Origin: Catajapyx aquilonaris
Taxonomy: Eukaryota
Direction: 5' to 3'
NCBI GenBank assembly: GCA_000934665.2
Contig: JYFJ02002788.1
Span: 1 to 50,822, forward strand
Length of the DNA: 50,822 nucleotides
This document shows positions 1-12,065 of this stretch, piece after piece (within the stretch, counting starts at the first letter, position 1; each line of letters opens with the position of its first letter). Position numbers and translations under genes: made by a program. The notes below the pieces were generated by a model. The model was not told where the DNA came from. It did no database searches and worked only from the letters and a program-made list of their open reading frames with translations.

Positions 1-384
1 GGTTGCACAGGGTTCATTACATGTGTGCTGCTATTGGCAGCTAATATTTTCGATGGCGCCGAAGTGGGCCATTTTACACGTGGCTGCTACGATAATCGTA
101 AAGCGCTTTTATAAATAGACGTTATAAAACGACACTTGAAGTTGGACCACCCTGTATAATTGGGTTGTACTGTTAACCATTTTGGTGTAGACCTGCACCT
201 TTATTGTTACAAAAATTATGCAATCACTGAAATAGGAGAAGTGGGAAGGTTTCCAAGGCTTGCTAGTCAGTTTTCGAATCATTTTGTATCATCTATCTTT
301 TCTCTTGGTCGTCAGCAGAGAATAGAGTGAAAAATCATACCAAATGCATTGGTAGAAAGGCAGAAATGAGCCTGATCAAGCGAA

Positions 385-463
385 GGTGATGGGGATGGGA
401 TTTGAACCCTGGACCGCCGGCATAGCTACCCCAGGGCATAATAACTATACCACTCTGCTCCCA
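385..463 (-). mobile_element. Degenerate tRNA-derived SINE head (Pol III A/B boxes)
   Basis: The minus strand reads GGGAGCAGAG-TGGTATAGTTATT (A-box-like)...GGTTCAAATCC (B box). No intact cloverleaf is evident, and the 3' extent and TSD were not determined. Confidence 0.5.
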
Positions 464-2977
464 CAAACTTGGTCTCATAACTATATTGGTGAGCCAAAAA
501 CAAGAGGTAATTCAGATCCACAGCTTTATCATAATCAGATTTTTTCATGATGAGCAACTGAGATATCTTAAGACAATAATGTTCACTTGAGACCAAGTGG
601 AGTTGCCACGTGATGCAAGTAATAACATACACAGGTGAATCAAATGATATGCTTAAAAGTTCATTGATAAGACATGCCATTTGGAATGCTTTTTGAGAGG
701 CACACATGTAGAGGGCAGGCTGGATTTACACACCCNCCCCCCCCCCTGCTGCTTAAAAATGCAATTTTTCTCTTGAGGTCTCTCCTTAATTTAATTTTAT
801 TTAATTTAACAAATTCTATTTCAACTTATGGCCGGCCTTTTTTAAAGGCTTTTCTGCCTAGTGGCAAATGCGGCGCTGGGAATCCCCCAGCGAAAATTTT
901 GTATTTTAAAATTATTTCACCTTTATTTCCTATTAAATTGTAGCCTATTTGAAAAATATTTCTTGCAACTTGTGGCCGCCCCTAGCCAATTGCCTACCCT
1001 GCCCCCATTTTTGTATGGCCATTTTGCTGCCCCTTGAAGTGAACTACTCCAATTTAACACTCGTGTCACTCCATGGTTCACAAGGTAGTTTGGGTGGATT
1101 ATTCTTTGCACTGCAGCAGGATACGGAGCACGTTCACAGACTGGTCTGCCCAAACGGCTTCAGGAACCATGGAGTGACAGCAGAGCCAAATCGGAACCCC
1201 AACCTGGGTGGGGGAGGGCAATAAAGGTTATGCAAAAGGGAAGGGATTGTCGGGACCTGCGGATTATAAGACTGTGGGCAGTTGGAACTACTTTCACCCT
1301 TCCGCACTACTCATGGATGTGTAATAATGGTTAGGCATTAGGCCTACCTCATATTCATGACATTGCATCACTATCTAGTTGATTGGCTTGTTGAGTGTTG
1401 AACCAGGATAATCTTATTGTCAATGTGGGAGGGAGGGTGCCACATATTTTAGTCTGACTACCAAGGTAAATTTTGTCATGTGACTTTCTCTGCTTGTATT
1501 ACATTCAGACAATGCGAAGTTTATTAAATGCAGGATGTAGAGTCTGTTTGTGAGTAAATTGAGAATAGATACAGTATGTTATTATTAGGCTTAAATGTAC
1601 TCTCCCACCATATCATTATTTTTCTCCAATAATAATTCTAGCAATGAGGCCTATAAATGGGCACCTGACTTTTAAATGGAAAGAGGCAGAATTCAATTAG
1701 CAATTTAAGGAATTTGAAATCCGTCTCTTCCTGGAAGGCACAAACTGCAGCCAGTATTCAGCCCAAGCGAGTCCAACACGAGAGATCCTCAGGACCTGAG
1801 TAATCTCTGAGTAATCTCTGAATTAAATCTCAGGATCCTGTGATCCATTGACATATTCTGCTGATTCTCCTCAGTAGTCAATGAGATTACCTTTGATGTT
1901 GGAACACTGAGGCAAGATGCTGAATTACCTGGCATTAACTTACTCAATTTCAACCTCCCATTATGATATTATTTTTGGTGTATCATTCCAGGTGTGATGG
2001 AGTGTGACGTGAGGATGATGGCTGTGCTTTTCCTTCTGACAGCTGCGACTACAGGGTGCTAGCCAGTAGCTGATGGTCACCTAAATGGTAGGTGGTGTTT
2101 GATCAGGTGGTTATTGCATGTGGTGTGCTCTGATGATCCAGAAAAGTGTGTGAGATTCAGTTATGATTGGGAAGAATAGTTTAGAAGCTTGGTCTGAATT
2201 TTGTCATCTGGCCATGTAGCTACTGTAGCATGTGTTTTCACTAGTGTACTGGACAGTACAGTACACACACCTGCAATGCAAGAGAATCTAACAGGTAGGG
2301 ACGTCTGAGATCCGCCAGATGTCAGGGGCTGCATTGTTCAGGATAACCTTGGAGTTTCTATCGGCTGCACGGACATTGACTGATTGTCGAAGATGACCAT
2401 TGACAATGCAAATTCTGCTAGGCTGTTTCTCCAACAATGCATTTTTTCAACGGGTATGACGCCGGATAGGTTGGACGCGCAACTCGCAATTTAGACGCAT
2501 ATCAGGAAACTTGTTTACATGATGGCCTGTATTATGGCACGTGGTACCGTAAATTAGACCACTGCTTGACATGCACCGTGAAATCAGGGCCACTAGATAT
2601 CAGGCTACGATGGGGGGACCGTAGCACTTCGTTGCGCGTTTTTGTTGTTGGGTGAAAGAAATACTGACCACGACAAAGGAATTACAGTACAAGTCGAAGC
2701 TCGATGTCATCTCGACCCGAAACCAAACCGGCTGCCATGCAGAATAAAGTGCCAAGTACCGGTAGCCTAAGAAGTAAGTGCTACTAGTGGAGGTAATGTG
2801 CCGGATTTGTTGCGTGTCAACGTTGGACATTGCACCAGCATTTCATCCGCCCCTGCCATCTCTTGAATTCTGCAGAACAAAAGGAAATAAAATGTGTCTG
2901 GCAACAAGTGTTCCTGCAATAAAGAGTGTGCAGGCATCTCAGAAAGTAACGCATAACTTAATTTAATTATTAAGGAT

Positions 2978-3271
2978 TATTGCCCCGCAGTATTCCGATC
3001 CAGCAATATATGCACGCCGGCCATGAGGTTAGGTGTTACGAAATTTCTATAATAATAAAAGAGATGCCTTTTGTCAGGCGAAGCGCGAATGGGCTGAGAG
3101 AATTGGGCTTTAATGTGGCTACCTGAACCTTCATTGTCTCGAGGCTGGTCAAGGCAATAAATTGGCCCAAGTCCGGATAAAACTTTTCTCACATTATGCC
3201 TTTGTGCTGTTTTAATCACCCTCGCGTGCGTTTTAGTGCCTCGTTAATATTGCTCGTATAGCGAGGCAATA
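2978..3271. mobile_element. Possible degenerate MITE
   Basis: Imperfect terminal inverted repeats: TATTGCCCCGC...GCAATAT at the left end and ATATTGCTCGTATAGCGAGGCAATA at the right end. The interior is non-coding. Confidence 0.35.
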
Positions 3272-3933
3272 TAGCCTCGCTAGACAGTACTGCTAATCAG
3301 ATAAAATCGTGGAAAAACCACTCGTAGACTAGTCGTAGATTGGAAACTATTGTCATTCGAGCATATGATGGAAGTCAGTTTTTTTGAAAAATGTAGTTGA
3401 AGGATAGGGTAATATTCAACGAGATGAGCAGGGTACAGTCTGTGTTTTTTTCTCATGGCAGGTCATAAAAAAGCGTTACAAAGTGCTTTCTTTCAAGAGT
3501 CTTCTTCAAAAGCAAGGTGTGATTCTCTGACAATTTGTCAGTCTCTCCGGCGCTTTTGCTCTGATCTAAGGATGTCTTATTATCCTGGATTTCAAGGACG
3601 ACTTCCTTCGGCTTTTTGGTGCTTAACAACCCTCATGCGAGAGGTGCCACAAGATATGAGAGATGACTGGTTCAGCTAAAGATGAGATAATGAGATAAGG
3701 TGAATATCTTGAGTCACAAAAAAATAACTTCTGGAGAGGGTGCGGAGATGTCAGCCTGTGTATATACCGCGCAGAGATTTCATAAAGGGAAGGTTGTTCA
3801 CCCATATTTTGAATTGAACATGTTTGTAACCACCTAATTACGTATGTTGTCATGTAGCAAATCGACTATTCACCTGTAAAGCTGAAATTTTTTGGGCATA
3901 AACCTGTATTATAAAATTACACACTTTGCAATT

Positions 3934-4189
3934 TAAGGGCTTGGTGCAAGAAGGGGATAAATCCAATTTTGGTCGGAAGGACTTCATTGGCCGCTCGGAT
4001 AGGAAAAAAAGGCCGATCATTTGGTGCAAGAATGGGAGTCATCCGGCTGGAAATGAGCATGTCATAAAGTCTGTGGATATATACCCCAGCTCCCTTTGGT
4101 AGTAAGAAGGGGGCAGATCCGGAGGTTTTTTTGTGTCCCCTGTAAAGTTTTGTTTTTGGCACTTATCCCCTTCTTGCACCAAGCCCTTC
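3934..4189. mobile_element. MITE / non-autonomous DNA transposon (Sola-like by TSD)
   Basis: A perfect 26-bp inverted repeat, AAGGGCTTGGTGCAAGAAGGGGATAA (3935-3960), has its reverse complement at 4163-4188. AATT flanks both sides (3930-3933 and 4190-4193). The superfamily call is an inference from the AWWT TSD. Confidence 0.8.
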
Positions 4190-7100
4190 AATTATTACGC
4201 CCTGTTAATTATACGTCATTTTATGGAGTCTGCATTTTCAATCATTTCGCATGCTTCTTGTTCAGAAAAGATGTCAAAATTTTTATGACGTATGTGACTT
4301 GATGGATTGGCTGATTGAATGCACTTTTTGTTTGCGAAATTGAAGTGGTTGTTTATTCGATATGTGCGATAGTAAGGTCTGCCGTATAAATCATCCTCTT
4401 TTTCCTCATGGCGAAGTGACCAATGGTGACTGGTCTGCCAGCGAGAACTAGATGGAGGCCTGTAACCTGTCAGCTGAAAGTGTTCAGGCTCATGATGAAG
4501 GTGTCACCTCTCAAGGGCTAGTGAGGAACTCCCATTTACTTGAAGAGCTGTAAATTACAGCAGAAATTGAGTTTCATAAAAAAACACACTTGTAATTAAA
4601 AAAAGTTCGATCCAACCTCAGACTTATGCATGTAAGCACTTACAAGGAATGGCTGCGCTATATAATATTTAATTGACATGGGAATTTACGTTTTTGACTG
4701 CCATTATAGCATTTACATGTTTTATAGACGCGGCCTGTTTTACCAGGTAAGTTATAAGCTACATGCACAGTAGCAGATGCTAACTAATAGTTATCCCTGA
4801 AGTCAGCCAGAACCATTCATTCTGGAGGCAATTAACCGAGGTCATCGTCTGAGGAGTACCTAATGGTGTGGTAAATACGAAATGGGAGTTGTCCGTTGCC
4901 GAGTTCAACCATCGCTGAATATACTTGGGAAGGTTAATGCCACGACAGGGCTCCCATTTCTGCTATATTTGGCCACCTAATCCCAGCTCTAAGCCGTGAT
5001 GATCCTGCGAAAATCGTGCTATTGACTACCTGGCTGCCCTTCAAAATATTAAGTCCAGTTTTTGCAGAGGGTCCGCGTTGATGAGGCAGTAAATTGTCCG
5101 AAGTGTGTTTTTAATTCAGTGAGGATGGCCAGAAGCCTACCTCAAGATGGAACAAATTCGCTTCACTTAGTTATTCCACAAAAATGGTTCAGAGCCTGGG
5201 GTATAATGATGGGGGGATGTAGTCTTAAGGAGTGGCGATTAGCGAGATGGCGGTTATGATTGCAATTACGCTGTCAACTGCCTTGGCAGATCTCAAGGCT
5301 CCAGAACTTGTCGGACGGTCCCTTTGCCTGAATAGTAAGCGACTGAATGTGCAGGAAGTTAATTCGGCCCATTCCGACCGGGTAACAGTACAACTGGCGC
5401 TTTTAAATATTAGTCGGAGGCAGGAAATCTCATTATACGTATACATTGCCATCAGGTACAGGTTTTTGGTTTATTTTATTTTTTTAAAGGGTGCGCGTGG
5501 CATAGGGCTGTATCCGGGGTCCGCTTGTGTCGAAGAATTGACCAGGTTTGTGATCAGGTTGACCATCAGGGGTTGATTGAAATGCATGGCGGCCCAGCGG
5601 ACATTCTTGAGAACTGGATAGTTGTGATCGAAATTTATAATCAGCAGCAGGGGGTGATGGCAAAAACGGGCTCGATTGAAACACCCTTTGTTTTTGGATT
5701 AAGAGGATGAAAAAAATTTGAATCGGCTATAAATTTAAGCGGGCGTTACATGCTGGGTAACATGTTCATTTCCACCTTGTGTGTGAGTCAAATTCTAATG
5801 TAACAATAATGGCAGTTTTTTTTAAAGTGATGGACTCAAACATAGCACACTTGATTAAGCGTCGTTGTGTTTGGACCGCAGAGGAAAAGATTTTTGACCT
5901 GCAACAAATCTAAAATTCCAGCCAGCATTTTCAGGAAGCAGTAGAGTATTCCCGGAAGAGTGTGCCCACAAAAGACGATTAGTGACATTTTCCTGAGGGT
6001 AAAATCGCAGGCGGATTACGAATCGTGCGAAGAGCTGTGACAAGCGCAAACCGCGGAGGAGCGCCTCGCAGACCGCCCATTTTTTGGATGCTTTTTCCCA
6101 GAGCAGGTGATTTGTTTCGCCGGCCAAGAGTTGGCTTGTCAGCCGGTTCGGGACGGGCGAAGCTCGGCCCTTTTGTCTTCGGACATACGCGGCCAGAGAT
6201 AACCTTTCGGCTTTACATTGCTGGGGATCCATGTATAGGGAGAAGGCTAGTGTACAGCATCCTTGGACGAAAACAAACACCGATAAACTCATGATAGCAG
6301 ATGTACTGCAAACACCACATTAAGATTCTTAGCTTGAATAGAAGACACTTTTTTGCATTGATAGCATGCCGGAACTGACAGCTCGATACTGTTTTTGGCT
6401 AGGAAGCTAGGGTGTGTCATTTGTCATCTTCGTGTGTTGATTATTTTATCGGCGACTCTGCGCCGATTACTGTACTTGAGACGTGACGGTACTGCTTGAA
6501 GGATACATGCTGCACAGCCGGACAATGACAGTAAATGCCTGAGCGAGTTTCTGGCTTTTTCGGAATGGCGAAGGAAGTTCGCCATAGTGACTCAGAGATT
6601 TGAGACTAATTCGGTATGTGAATTGTAGCGTGAGAAATTCTTGTGTATACACTTCAGGTGTATGGAAAAGTGTTGAGGAAATGACTGTTATTATGTTGCG
6701 GAATTTGTAAAAAAAATACGGAAGTTTCAAGCAACAACAATTTTAATCTCTGCAGTGCAAAACTAGTGTAAATAGTGAGAAATGTACATCGTGATACCAT
6801 TCCAAACAGCAACAATTTCTTCAACCAAGTGCAAATAAGTAAATATTGCCGCCGATCATTTCATCTCATCTGGGGGATAAAAAACTGGTTATAGTAGGCT
6901 AATAAGCAGGTTCATATACTGGAAGCCGAGCGAATCTCTGGTTTAATTAGCCGTTAAGATGCGGTTTTACGATTGTGGTTACGATAGTATTGTCAGTGGA
7001 TTATGTTGTATCATGTGAAAAAAGATATTCCTCAAAGTGTGCTTAAATTGATGATGAATGATGTGCACAGTATTGGATTCTACTTGTCATTTCTATTGCC

Positions 7101-10100
7101 CAGTGCCATTTCGGAGTTGTGAGGCGGGATTCCAAAATGAAAACCAGGAAAAGACAAAGCGAATCAAAAGCTGATGGCTAAAATGGAGAGATGTACAGGC
7201 TCCTCCATCTCTGTATAATTTGTGTTATTTTTCCCTTGAGAATTTATAGTCACCACAATAATTTTATGTTCATAATGACCACTTCTATATAGAGTCACGT
7301 GAAAAATTCATCTTTTTGTGGTCGTGTGGTGGCTCGATCTGACACTTTCATGTAGGCTTATCAAAATTTTTCATCCGACACGTTAGTCATCCAATGGAAC
7401 AGGACCGCCCTAGCTAGACTACATATGCGTGTTACCATCCCCCGCTGGCTTTTTAATTTTTAAGAATCAAAAGTTATGTATGAGAATATATTCCTGACAG
7501 GGAGGTTTTAAGATTCACACGCTTTGTTGATATTAGGACCATCCATTCATGTTACACCGAACGCACAAGTAATTAATATCAGCTCCCGTGTAAGCCCGAG
7601 CACTGTTACAGCATAATTTATTGATGCGTACTGTTATTAAGAGGAAACAGGTAGCGCCGATGTAACTGTTAGACCCTGGCAGGAAGGGCAAAAGAAAGGA
7701 AGGAAGATTGGCTGGCTGGCTGGCTTTGGGTCACCCCCATCCAGGGCACAGGCCTCCTAATAATCCGCTTGATGATGCTGTTGCGAGAGAAGAAGCTTTT
7801 TAGCAGGAAATAATATAAGTAACGGTGAAGTGTCGCTTCTTTGGCCCTGAGTGCTCCGGCTCGTAAATATGCGGGCAAGGTTAATGAGCATGGGCAGTTG
7901 GTTAGAGGAGGCCCAACAGACCACCACCACTGCACACCGGCAGCTCTTCCTGTAATAAGTGTCACTCCCACTGAAGAAAGCGGGTCAAATGCTCGAGGGC
8001 AATCTTCCAGACACGGCGTGTACATCACCAGACTCGTCGGTTCTCTTCGTAAATGCTCAGTCGAGTGTGTCATTCCGCTGACAATAATTGGAATAACTGA
8101 ATTCAGGACGGGTGTGCCTTTTTTCATGCACAAAATTCTTGAGGACGTATCTGCGTTCCAGTCCAGTAGGTTTTTGCTTTTTACGATGAAGGCAGCGGTA
8201 CTGTACGGACACAGGTGCGTCCTTTTGTTTTTAACGTGGTTTTTATAGAGACTGAAATGAACATGGTTGTCGAACTTAACCCCGGACCAGTATGTAAAGA
8301 TGAGGTGCAAGTGTAATTACATAGTAGCAGGTGCACTGCATTGACCGGTATGTAGTAGGTGAAGCGGAACGTAATCATTGCAGCCCATTGAGAAGACCGG
8401 TGTGAAGCCCACGGAACAAGAAGAGTTGAATGATGAAGGTGTCGTGGCTGGAGGGAAATGCGTGTATGGTTTACGGAACGCTTTTGCGGAGAGACCTTGA
8501 AAAAAGTCACATCGTGCACTTAGCCTCGGATGATAAACAGGGACGTGTCTTGAGGAAGGTGGCTAACAAAGGCAGGAGAGGCACGACACAGTGCGACACT
8601 GTTTGTCAGACGTCAGCGATTTTTTAAGGGGTACATGAGGGGCCCGGAATGATGCTGGGGACAATCACTGCGAATGTACGGCTGACAAACTGCTGCTTTG
8701 GGATGGTGTGACATTACAATGACAGCGGAGCTGGAGAGGAATCCTCCACGGTGTGTGCCAACAGCCTCTTGTCAACACTGTTGCCAGCGGATCCCTCATA
8801 TTTTGGCACCGTGATGATGGGGAAATGTCTAGTCATGCCACAAGTGACTATTGTCCGAACCCGTCCGGTGTTGAAGCACTCTTCAAGCTCTCATGAGAAG
8901 ACAAGCATTATATTGGATGATGTTATAGGGTGGAACCGCCCAGTTCATGAGGCCAAGACATGACGGGCAATTTGTATCTGTGGTATTCCATTTCCTTTTT
9001 GATCATTGCACCCTCCCCTTTCAACTCTAATTCGTGTTTCGAAGGATGTTTTATGCGAGATTATCTGGGCGTGATCTGTGCCTTCCGAATGGATGAATAA
9101 TGCTTGGGTTCGCAGATAACGACCTTCGCGTGCACAGTTACATTGGAACAATGTAAATTAGGACGAGAATGTAATTATTAAGGGAGGTATTATCGATTTA
9201 ATCAATAAAAGACCAGATATTAGTTTCTATCTGTATCGAGGAATGAGGATGTGCAGAAGAATTAAGGGTTGCTTTCATGGCGGTCTGGTAACCTCTTGTG
9301 TCACCACTATTGTTTCGGAGGCGCTGGGGGAGATAGGAGGCATTGGAATCATAATAATTACTGCCGGTACAGTACACTGTACGCACGGCTGAGCTTCTTC
9401 TCAAGAGTAAACGAGAGTGCACTGAGAGAGTGAGTGCTGAGTGAGGGCAAGGGAGCGAGAGAACTGAGTTATATTAATAGCCTTTTATGTATCTTTATGT
9501 CAGTATTCGTCACGACATACTGGTCACTACATCGAAGCTCGCCAGGAGGACTCGACAGGCCGGCACCAACATGGACTGACTGTTGTGCTGCCTCATGATC
9601 CTCCACAACCACTTCTTACGCCTACCCTACTTCCTCCAAGTGAGTTGGGAGATTTGAGGGTGCATGTAATTGCTTACTATTGTTACTCAGCAAAATTCCG
9701 ATTATGAATTCATTTGCTGACATAAAATATTTTCATATGAGGATTAATTCATGTTGATGTAGCTCGCACCTTTTTTGATTATTATTTAAAATGCAACAAT
9801 ACATAATGCCAGAAGTCTGTAGATGCTTGAGCATTGTGACACCAACTATTTTCGGAAGGCGAATGTATTGATCGGTGTAATTATTCGGGATCATTCGTGG
9901 TAAACTTTGGACTAACATTTTGCATGAGATTAAGCCACGCCATGTCGGCTTAAAGCCACGTGTAGGAATAGCAGGGTAGAAAGTAGAGCATTGCCATCAA
10001 ATAATTAGGCTGTAAAGTTACGCCACAGTTGAAACACTGCAACTCGAGTATCCTATTGAACATGAGCATCATGTGTTATTCAAAGACTATAGGCATATAT

Positions 10101-10316
10101 CTGGCAGAGTCGAATGTATAATATAGATCGCAGGAGAGGTGCAGTGAATAAATTGCATTTCAGAGTGCGGCATGGCGCAAACCAGTAGTAGTAGACAGCC
10201 CAAGCACATAGGCAGCTGGTGTCCAGCATCTGCCTGAGGCCTGGAGGCAGCGGGCTCAGCTGAGGTGCTGCCCCCGGGCCACCCTCGGCAATCTCTGCCC
10301 ATGAGCCTCCGAGGCC

Positions 10317-12065
10317 ATGGTGGAGGAGCAGCGCCTGGACCATTACAAGAGTGTCATACAAGCTTCGCTGACTTCTCCAGAGATAATAGAGGAGGCTGCA
10401 GAAGCGGTTTTCGACGAGCTGCTGGAGGAAGTGTCCCTTGGCATCGCCTTCGAGGTACAGTACTGCTTTGATAATCTGCATGTTGCATGGGGGTGGTTTG
10501 TTGCATGATCCTGAAGGTCGTAGGTTTCGGAGGGGAAAGGAAGGATATTCCGCGTTGTACACACTTGGTGTTCTTTGGGCGAAAGGTGCATCGGAGAGTT
10601 CGCATGGGGCTGGAGATGGTGGACGAAGAGACCATAGAGGAGGAATCCGGAGGGGTGGAGGCTGTGGCATCCGCTTCGGCCGCCTCAGGTTCGGGGGCCT
10701 CGGGGAGCGGCGAACCTTCGGAACCCTCGACGTCAATGGCGTCGACATCATCATCATCCATGGGCGAGATGGACGTGTTTGGGCAGGTGGCGTCCAAGAA
10801 CAAACAGCTGGAGTGCGTGTGCCCAAACTGCCAGCGTAGTCTGGCCGCCTCCAGGTTCGCCCCTCACCTGGAGAAGTGCATCGGGATGGGGCGGAACAGC
10901 TCGAGGCTGGCCTCCAGGCGGATCCTGGCCTCGTCGGTGGCGGGCGCTTCGGGAGGGGCGGGGACCAGCGGGTTCGGTGGGGGATCGTCGGGGGGAGGGG
11001 GGGCAGGGAGCGGAGGGGACGACGACGACGACGAGTGGACGCTGACCTCGGACAGGCGGAAGAGGAAGAGGGGCGGCGGAGGGGACAAGTACTCGCCCAG
11101 GAGGAACGTCAAGAAGACCGTGGCTGCTGCCGCCGCAGCCGCAGCCCGCAGCAATGGCGACTCGGCGGCAGGGGGGAGTGGACCCAGCAGTCCGGGCACT
11201 GCGACGCCCCCGACGTCTCAAAGCACCCCAACTGCTTCCCAGGCCACCTCCATGAGCACCTACGAGAGCATGAGCGTGGAGGAGAGGAGGTCTCTCCTGG
11301 CCCAAATTTGCGGGGTAATCTCGGAGCACACCCATCGGATGTGCACGAGAAGTCTGCGCTGTCCGCAGCATTCGGACGAGCAGAGGAGGTCTTTGAGGTC
11401 GACGCTGTTTGGCAGCACGGCTGACAATGGCAACGGAGATTCCACAAAAGTCGAAAGGTAGGCCGTGAGGAGGGCAGAAGAAAGTTGGATTGTTCACTCC
11501 AGTATCTGGTTAAAATATAAACAACAATCACCATATGTGAGTATGGTCCTGATTGTTGTTTTTAACTGGTTGTGCAGGGTAAATAATCTATAACTTCTTC
11601 ACCTACTCCTCTCTTGACAAAATAAATGCCTAAGCTGTTGCTGATTTTCATCTTGGTGTTTATTTAGCATCGCGTGATATTGAACGTTGTCGCTTGTACT
11701 TTGGTAGTGGGGACTTGGTCAAGCTGGAGGTGGAATCAGAGGACACTGACCTTGGGGCGGGTGGTAGCTCAATGCAGCAGTTCCGTAGCACCTGGGAGCC
11801 ACAGGGCTCCAACGCCTCCTCTCCTGCGGACTCCACGTCCACATCCAACAGTTCCTCGTCTTCCAATAAGAAGCATGACAAGGGTGTGGGTTCCAAAGGC
11901 AAGAGCAGCAGCAGCAAGAAGCAAGGGGGAGGGAGCGGAGGCGGAGGTGGGAGCAGCAAGGGAAATAAAGTCAGCTCGTCGAGTGTCTCCTCGTTGCACC
12001 CTGTGTCTGCTCCTGGGTCCTCATCCTCTACCTCCCAACAGTTGCCCTACGAGGGCGTTGTATAA
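10317..12065 (+). CDS. ATXN7L3: SAGA deubiquitination-module subunit Sgf11 / ataxin-7-like protein 3 (about 455 aa)
   Basis: Exons 10317-10454, 10586-11457 and 11708-12065 have GT-AG introns with compatible phases (0, 2). The spliced N-terminus reads ...[18 protein letters not shown], matching the conserved FEVHR motif. The Sgf11 zinc finger is [37 protein letters not shown] and the SCA7 domain is [27 protein letters not shown]. The exon 3 acceptor is less certain. Confidence 0.95.

Noticed and set aside
5062..6294. Cluster of overlapping 60-145 aa ORFs
   Set aside because: There are no recognisable motifs or consistent splice structure. They are probably chance ORFs or old repeat sequence.
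7669..8963. 213-aa ORF (7669-8310, -) and neighbours as a transposase or viral gene
   Set aside because: I translated several frames and found no convincing DDE, RT or viral motif. It may be a decayed element, but I cannot support a call without BLASTX.
10080..11999. Many long antisense and alternate-frame ORFs (e.g. 10080-10826, 10754-11497, 10876-11424, 11660-11959)
   Set aside because: These are shadow ORFs over the GC-rich, low-complexity Sgf11 exons and have no recognisable domains.
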